The position numbers were made by a program, and so were the translations under genes. DNA of 64,000 bases. Source: Candidatus Latescibacterota bacterium. Its GTDB lineage: Bacteria > Krumholzibacteriota > Krumholzibacteriia > WVZY01. The stretch covers positions 9,145 through 73,144 of the forward strand of contig WVZY01000077.1 in the NCBI GenBank assembly GCA_011772205.1. Reading direction: 5' to 3'. Positions within the stretch are counted from its first letter, which is position 1, and every line of letters begins with the position of its first letter. Below the pieces are notes generated by a model, which ran no database searches, had not been told where the DNA came from, and saw only the letters and a list, made by a program, of their open reading frames with translations. This document shows, piece by piece, positions 58,232 to 64,000 of this stretch.

Positions 58232-59511
58232 TTTTTCAGCTGAGCCGTACTTGAACTCGTTTGCGGAGCCGCCGTTTCACTATGAGGTGCAAGCCCTGCA
58301 TCTTCTCGGTTGGAGGCGGCCGCCGCATTCTTGCCCTTGGCAGGGGCAGGCGCGAACCTGGCGCTCTCAGCTTTCTCCCACACCCTTAGGCGCTTCCCCG
58401 CTAGAAACTGAGCAATGGCCACTATAGCGGCAAAGTTCACCATTGTAAAATAAAATGGAACATAAAAGATGCTTCGGGGTTTGCTCGTTCTCTTGAGACG
58501 CCAACCATTCATCGCAGCTAAATAGAAAATCGATTGAAAAGCTAAAACAACAGTATAAAACCATGAACTTCCAACAAGCATGATGTTCGATATCAGGATC
58601 AGAAAGAGAAAAGGCGCCACCGTCCATCTAATCAACTTGTGAGACAAAAATTGCCACAGCCTGAATCCGCGGAATTTGGATTTGAGAATCGCAAAGCCGG
58701 TCAGTCCTCTCAGAATGATTCTCACCTTTCTTTTGAATTCTTCGCGCCAAAAAATCGTCGACCTTTCGATAGCCACCGCCTCCGGCTCGTAAACAACACC
58801 GTAGCCACGACTGGCGATTTCGACGGGAAGCTGGAAATCGTTTGCCACGTCGGGGTAGAGACGGCTGAAAAGGTTTCTGCGAATGGCGAAAATTGGACCG
58901 GTTGCCACTAGAACGCTTTTCAAAGCGCTTTCCAAGATGCTGATCCTTGATTCGTATTTCCAGTAAACACCTTCTCCTTTTCCCACAGATGAGCGGTGCC
59001 GCTCGACATAATTCAATTTACCGACGACACAGCCGATCCGTGGATCCGAAAAGTGCTGGATAAGCTTTTCCAGCGCGTCTTCCTCAAACAAACAGTTTGC
59101 ATCCGTGAAAACAACGATCTCCTCGGTAAGATTTTCCATTACGTCGTTGATCACGGCGCTCTTCCCTCTTCGCTGCGGCTGGTGAAAGAGTTCCACGCCC
59201 ATATCGCTGTAGTTTTTGGGGATCTGGACCGTCGCATCGGTGGAGCCATCGGAGGCGATAAGAATCCGGAGTTTTTCTCTCGGATAACTCAACGCCAGGC
59301 TGTTTTCGATCTTCCTCCGGATGATTTTTTCCTCATTGAATGCCGAGATGAACAAACACACAGTCGGCAGATAGTTGCTTTTCGACTCGCTTGCTTTTTC
59401 GCGCCTTAGTTTTCCAAAAAGAAACAAGAGGGAGGGGTATCCGAGATAGGGGTAGAAAATGACCGCGACGCTGCACCAGAAAAGAATCGCCCACATTGGC
59501 ATGCTCTCCAT
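58228..59511 (-). CDS. GT2 glycosyltransferase
   Basis: ISAFNEE, SDGSTDAT, FTDAN, YWKYE, RKVRI. Confidence 0.9.
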   Translation of the reverse strand: MESMPMWAILFWCSVAVIFYPYLGYPSLLFLFGKLRREKASESKSNYLPTVCLFISAFNEEKIIRRKIENSLALSYPREKLRILIASDGSTDATVQIPKNYSDMGVELFHQPQRRGKSAVINDVMENLTEEIVVFTDANCLFEEDALEKLIQHFSDPRIGCVVGKLNYVERHRSSVGKGEGVYWKYESRISILESALKSVLVATGPIFAIRRNLFSRLYPDVANDFQLPVEIASRGYGVVYEPEAVAIERSTIFWREEFKRKVRIILRGLTGFAILKSKFRGFRLWQFLSHKLIRWTVAPFLFLILISNIMLVGSSWFYTVVLAFQSIFYLAAMNGWRLKRTSKPRSIFYVPFYFTMVNFAAIVAIAQFLAGKRLRVWEKAESARFAPAPAKGKNAAAASNREDAGLAPHSETAAPQTSSSTAQLKK

Positions 59512-59588
59512 CGATAAATTTAACCCCGCCTACGCTATCATGCAAATCCGCTCCATACAAGGAAAAACAAGATTCCGAATGGGCTTGC

Positions 59589-61394
59589 TTACCAAAGCTG
59601 CTCCATTGGAATCAGCGAGAGACCGTCCTTTCGGAATCCTATCCAGATCAGACCTTCACTGTCCAAGAGAATCACGCTCACATCCCTCCCCTCAAAACCA
59701 TCCTGTGGTTGGATATATTGCACACTGCCGGCGCCGATCAGCCATAGACCTTCCGAAGTCCCCACGTATGTTCTCCCCATATGGTCGAAGCGAATACGGG
59801 TAAGGTTGACATCCGTGCCTATGGGCGGAAGCTCCAGCAGATTCCATCCACTGTCCCGATCATACCGCCAAACACCCTTCCACCCAGCGACAAAGAGTCG
59901 GCCTGCGGAATCCACAGCGGCATCGGACAGCGGTTGTTCGTTGAACCATGAGAGAGGAAACTTCTCCCAGCGGCGGCCATCGAACCCGGAGATTCCCGAG
60001 CGTTGCGATAACGCCCATACTCTCCCGGAGCCGACCCGCAAAATCCGGTCTATCGGTCCCCCGGTCAGCTCATCCGACTCCCCTAATCGGAGCCAGGTCC
60101 GGCCGTCGAACTTCAGGACTTCTCCCCGGTCCGTTCCAGCCCACAGATACCCGTTGGGTTCGAACACCATCGAGGAGATGACATGGGTTTCCCCTCTTAT
60201 ATCCAGCGGAACTTCGATAAAACGCCTCCCGTCCTTCCGAAACACACCCCAGCGATTGCTGCACCAGAGCTCTCCGCTCGGCGATATTGCCATGGCGAGG
60301 ACCGGTCCAACCATCGCCTCGAGCTCGAACGATGTCGCTTCGCTGGGAAGCGACAGCAGCTGCGATCCGACTGCGACGTACCGGCATCCCGCGGAGTCCT
60401 CGATAGCGGCGAGCGCCGCATTCGAGGGTAGAGCTGACGGAATCCGCTCCTTCAGGATTTCACCTTCTCGAATCCAAACAATGAGACCGTTTGCAGAGCC
60501 AAAATAAATCACTCCGGAGTCGTCTGCATAGGCGCAGCGCCACCTTTCCGTCTCGATCTCCTCATCCGTCTCACCAATCTCAATCCACTGGCCGTAACGG
60601 TAGCGGCTGATCCTGCCGTAACTGCCCGCCGCCCACAATGCCTGCTCGGAATCCAATTCAATGGCGGCGATTTCATCGTATGGAAACAAACCTCTCGGAG
60701 AAATCCGTCTGCCTCTGACCCCGTCAAAGTAATAAACGCCCTTGCTTGGGATGAGAGCATACATGGCGAAGTCTTCTGTAAGCAGCAGGTCACGAACTTC
60801 CCCTTTGGGCAAACCGGCACCCGCACGAAAGCTCACCCATAAACTGTCCCTGAATGCACACAGTCCCAGAGCGGTCGCGTAGTAATACGTGGTGTCATCC
60901 ATCTTAATGACGCCGAAAACGCTGTCATCCAGCAGCGAGTCTATACGGGTTACGACGAAAATGGTGTCCCCCTGCATGATGCCGGCTCCATGACCGCGGG
61001 TGCCGTAGCAGATCTCGCCGGCGGGTCCAAAATCGATGCTCCTGATGTCACGAAGGGATGGATTCAAACTGGCTTCGTAATGATACACACCCTTCTCCGT
61101 AAAGACAGAAAGACCTCTATCCGTCCCAACGAGTACGGTGTCTCCCCGGCCGGTTATCGCGTAGATCGAGTTGGATGGGAGCCGGGGCCCGATGAGATAC
61201 TTCGCGGTGAATTCGCCGTCGATCAGATCGTAAATCAGCAGCCCCCCGTTGGTGCCGATCCAGAGCGAGTCCCCGTGTCGGTAAATCGCCTGAATCTCAC
61301 TGTTATTGCCCAGATGGGTCCAGGGTGCTTCTTCATCGCCCAAGGGTAACGCCAGTGCTGGCATGAGGATTAGACATATGGCGATTCTCTTCAT
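59589..61394 (-). CDS. Exported beta-propeller protein (two-component regulator propeller / PorZ-like repeats)
   Basis: Signal peptide; repeated LWIGTNGGL, LPSNSI, D..G.LW.G units. Confidence 0.8.
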   Translation of the reverse strand: MKRIAICLILMPALALPLGDEEAPWTHLGNNSEIQAIYRHGDSLWIGTNGGLLIYDLIDGEFTAKYLIGPRLPSNSIYAITGRGDTVLVGTDRGLSVFTEKGVYHYEASLNPSLRDIRSIDFGPAGEICYGTRGHGAGIMQGDTIFVVTRIDSLLDDSVFGVIKMDDTTYYYATALGLCAFRDSLWVSFRAGAGLPKGEVRDLLLTEDFAMYALIPSKGVYYFDGVRGRRISPRGLFPYDEIAAIELDSEQALWAAGSYGRISRYRYGQWIEIGETDEEIETERWRCAYADDSGVIYFGSANGLIVWIREGEILKERIPSALPSNAALAAIEDSAGCRYVAVGSQLLSLPSEATSFELEAMVGPVLAMAISPSGELWCSNRWGVFRKDGRRFIEVPLDIRGETHVISSMVFEPNGYLWAGTDRGEVLKFDGRTWLRLGESDELTGGPIDRILRVGSGRVWALSQRSGISGFDGRRWEKFPLSWFNEQPLSDAAVDSAGRLFVAGWKGVWRYDRDSGWNLLELPPIGTDVNLTRIRFDHMGRTYVGTSEGLWLIGAGSVQYIQPQDGFEGRDVSVILLDSEGLIWIGFRKDGLSLIPMEQLW

Positions 61395-61506
61395 TGGTTG
61401 TTGCTCTCGATAGCCGGCCTACCGGCCAGCTGCTTGCAGTCCCATTCGAGGACCGATCTGATTAGACTGCTCTCCGGGCGCACAGCACCGGAAAATGCAT
61501 TGGAGG

Positions 61507-61536
61507 ATTATAGGTTCGGGGATTCGCAATCGTCAA
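61507..61536 (-). promoter_or_regulatory. Sigma70 promoter for the propeller gene
   Basis: TTGACG-18nt-TATAAT. Confidence 0.65.
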
Positions 61537-61937
61537 GAAGTCCGGTATCTCCACTCGGCTTCCCCGCCTCCGGCGGAGGATCCTCCCTCGCTCCGCGTAG
61601 CGGTCCGTCACCCCCACGGGGCCTTCTAGCTTGCATCCGCGCCATGGCTCGTCGCCCTCATCACGCAGCACTTCTTGCTCGCTCCACGCAATGGCTCGTT
61701 AGCTCCACCGAGCCCCCACTTGGTGCCGCGTAAAGATTCCTCAGCCCCATCCCGCAACATTCCTACCCTCTCCGCAGAACGGTCGGCTCAACCACCACCT
61801 GCAGATCCCTCCCTACAGCTTGCCGAAGAATGATGGATCGAGGTATGCTTCCCGGAACATCGGTATTTGCACAGCTCGACTCCGCTCGGCAAAAGCCCGG
61901 TCCATACCGAACGCCTGCAACATCGGGAGATCGATCA

Positions 61938-62858
61938 ATGAATGCAGCCATCATCGCCAATCCATTCGCTGGAAGGGGCCGAACAAAAAGGATTGTCGAA
62001 CAGTTTCTTCCTCGTGCCAAAGCTCTCGGGCTCTCCACCACATTCGAATGGACCCGGGGCCCGGGGGATGGGATCGATCTCGCAAAGAGGCTCTCCGGAT
62101 CCCACGACGTCCTCTGCGTGATCGGGGGAGATGGAACGATCCACGAGGCGGTAAATGGACTCATGCCGGATCCCATTCCCGTCGTATTTGTGCCTACTGG
62201 ATCCGGGAATGATTTCGCAAAGCTTCTCCCCTGCCCCACGACCCCGGAGGAGCTGCTCCAAACCCTCGAGATGGGACTTGGCTATCACTTCGATGTGGTG
62301 GAAACAGGATTTCGCTACTGCATCAACAGCATCGGGCTCGGATTCGAGGCGCTGGTCACCCAACATAGCCGGAGCATCCACCGGTTGAGCGGGGTTCCCT
62401 TGTACCTCCTTGCCGTTTTCAAATCGCTCGCGTCGTTTTTGAATCCCACGCTACGAATGGCTATCGACGACGAGGAGATGCAGACCGGGGAAAAGCTCCT
62501 CGTGAGCATTGGCAACGGCGTCAGCGCCGGAGGAGGTTTCTATCTAACGCCGAATGCGTGCCCTGATGACGGGCACGTTGACCTATGTATTGTTTCGCCA
62601 ATGGGCCGGTTGAGAATTCTCCGTCTCCTGCCGCTGGCGTTGAAAGGCACGCATACGAACAAGCGAGGCGTAGAAATGCGGAGAGTGACGTCGCTCACCA
62701 TCGATTCCCACACTCCATATCACTTGCATGTGGATGGGGAGTATCTCGGAGAAAAGCCCTGGAGACTGCGAATATTCGTAAGAGAAAGGGTGCTTCCGAT
62801 CCTATGTCTTCGAAGAGGGCCCACGCGTGCGAAGCACAGTATTGTCAAAATCCTGTAG
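61938..62858 (+). CDS. Diacylglycerol/lipid kinase family (YegS/DgkB)
   Basis: NPFAG, GGDGTIHEAVNG, PTGSGNDF, GGGF, HVDGE; GGAGA before ATG61938. Confidence 0.9.
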   Translation: MNAAIIANPFAGRGRTKRIVEQFLPRAKALGLSTTFEWTRGPGDGIDLAKRLSGSHDVLCVIGGDGTIHEAVNGLMPDPIPVVFVPTGSGNDFAKLLPCPTTPEELLQTLEMGLGYHFDVVETGFRYCINSIGLGFEALVTQHSRSIHRLSGVPLYLLAVFKSLASFLNPTLRMAIDDEEMQTGEKLLVSIGNGVSAGGGFYLTPNACPDDGHVDLCIVSPMGRLRILRLLPLALKGTHTNKRGVEMRRVTSLTIDSHTPYHLHVDGEYLGEKPWRLRIFVRERVLPILCLRRGPTRAKHSIVKIL

Positions 62859-62903
62859 AAGAAAGACAATGGCAGAATAGAGGGGCGACCGTTTCTTGTG
62901 ACG

Positions 62904-63998
62904 CTACCGCTTACTGCTGGGTAGACTCGGTGCAACAGATGCAGCGGTGCTTGAGCCTTTCAATGCTTCTGCAGTATCCCTATTTTTGGCAGGATGAAGT
63001 CTAACAGCAACCCACCCGGGCCCTTTCCCCGAAGCGCTCCATTGAATCCTCGTCGATGAGTCGGCCATTTTTTTGCAAGCAGGTCCAAGGAGAAGGTCGA
63101 TGACGCTTGCGTTATCAATAACCACATCGATTCCCTCTTCTTGCACGTATTCCCCCAAGCATCCCTTCTTGAGAGCTTCGAGAGCATCTCGATTCACCTT
63201 ACCGTCTAGATTGATCACCTCGCGGTGCGACAGATAGCCGATGGCGCCGCATTGAAACACACCTATCTTTTCGCTATCATATGTATTGATGTCCACCCAT
63301 TTAGCGATGTCATAGAAAGGATAAATCGGCCGGGATCTGAACGCCTGTGAATAGCTGAAGTAAGAGAACGTCGCCGCGTAGATTCCCAATCCCACCAAAG
63401 CCGCACGGCGGAACAGCAGCGAACGGCGCGACAGCCAGTCGATGAAATCCTGGATCAAAAATGCCAAGTAAATGCATGCAACCAGATAGATCGGGTAGTA
63501 ATAGCGAAGAAAGAAAAACGCACCGAAGATATAGAGTGAATACGATATGATTAGAATCGCTGAAAACAAAATGAGAAAACTAATCTCGCCCCGACGGCGT
63601 TTCCGTTCCTGTTTCCTCCAACGAAGTACCACCATGCTAGCGCCAATTAGCATGAGGAAACCCAATAAATTCCCCGCCAGGTGAAATCCCTCCTTGCCAC
63701 CAAACCAAATACCAAGCTTTTCGAAGGAACGAAACACGACGTGCAGCGGTGGCGTGACTTTCAGCACCGCGAAGGAGTGCATGACATGCGCCCACACAAA
63801 GGCAGGATCCGGCCCTTCCGTGTTGAGACTGGCCACGCCGTAGCCGAAATACGGTGCGTATGCGAGAGAAATATACCTAGTCGCCGCTCCGCTATCCTGT
63901 AGAGGGCTTCCGCTGGCAACCACGCTGAAAACAAACCACGGTCCGTAGACGAGGATGACTCCCAACGGAAGAAAGGACAGCCTACGGAGAAAAGTAAA
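62904..63998 (-). CDS. Polytopic membrane protein, ArnT/PMT-like; 5' end lies beyond the window
   Basis: Frame is open to the window edge; several TM helices, RYYYP, GAIGYLS...VINLDGKVN. Confidence 0.65.
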   Translation of the reverse strand, partial: FTFLRRLSFLPLGVILVYGPWFVFSVVASGSPLQDSGAATRYISLAYAPYFGYGVASLNTEGPDPAFVWAHVMHSFAVLKVTPPLHVVFRSFEKLGIWFGGKEGFHLAGNLLGFLMLIGASMVVLRWRKQERKRRRGEISFLILFSAILIISYSLYIFGAFFFLRYYYPIYLVACIYLAFLIQDFIDWLSRRSLLFRRAALVGLGIYAATFSYFSYSQAFRSRPIYPFYDIAKWVDINTYDSEKIGVFQCGAIGYLSHREVINLDGKVNRDALEALKKGCLGEYVQEEGIDVVIDNASVIDLLLGPACKKMADSSTRIQWSASGKGPGWVAVRLHPAKNRDTAEALKGSSTAASVAPSLPSSKR

Positions 63999-64000
63999 CG

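Noticed and set aside
61395-61830. tmRNA, RNase P RNA or the short ORFs listed here
   Set aside because: No T-arm plus CCA end, no GAGGAAAGTCC; the ORFs lack an SD and coding character

Overview
A ~55% GC bacterial chromosome segment. The taxon is inferred, not proven: abundant ~1 kaa secreted proteins ending in an NYPNPFNP...SSGVYFY...KMILLK sorting domain and a dockerin-like Cys-rich protein suggest an FCB-superphylum candidate lineage such as Krumholzibacteriota or Latescibacterota. Most genes are on the minus strand. Housekeeping blocks: tRNA-Ser/Ser/Arg, mnmA, tonB-exbB-exbD, ffh-rpsP-khpA-rimM-trmD-rplS-rnhB-yraN, def-fmt-PASTA-rpe, EF-G2-yebC-ruvCAB-queA-asmA-tgt-yajC, and a surface polysaccharide cluster. 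The most unusual part is 16.0-30.1 kb. It holds three paralogous ~1030-aa Cys-rich secreted proteins whose nearest relative switches repeatedly along their length (a mosaic suggesting gene conversion). Each has its own promoter and a long hairpin-rich leader. An orphan GspE/PilB ATPase is inserted among them on the opposite strand, and small BamE-like-domain proteins flank the block. No CRISPR array, transposase, integrase or rRNA was seen. All calls come from reading motifs by eye; no database searches were run.
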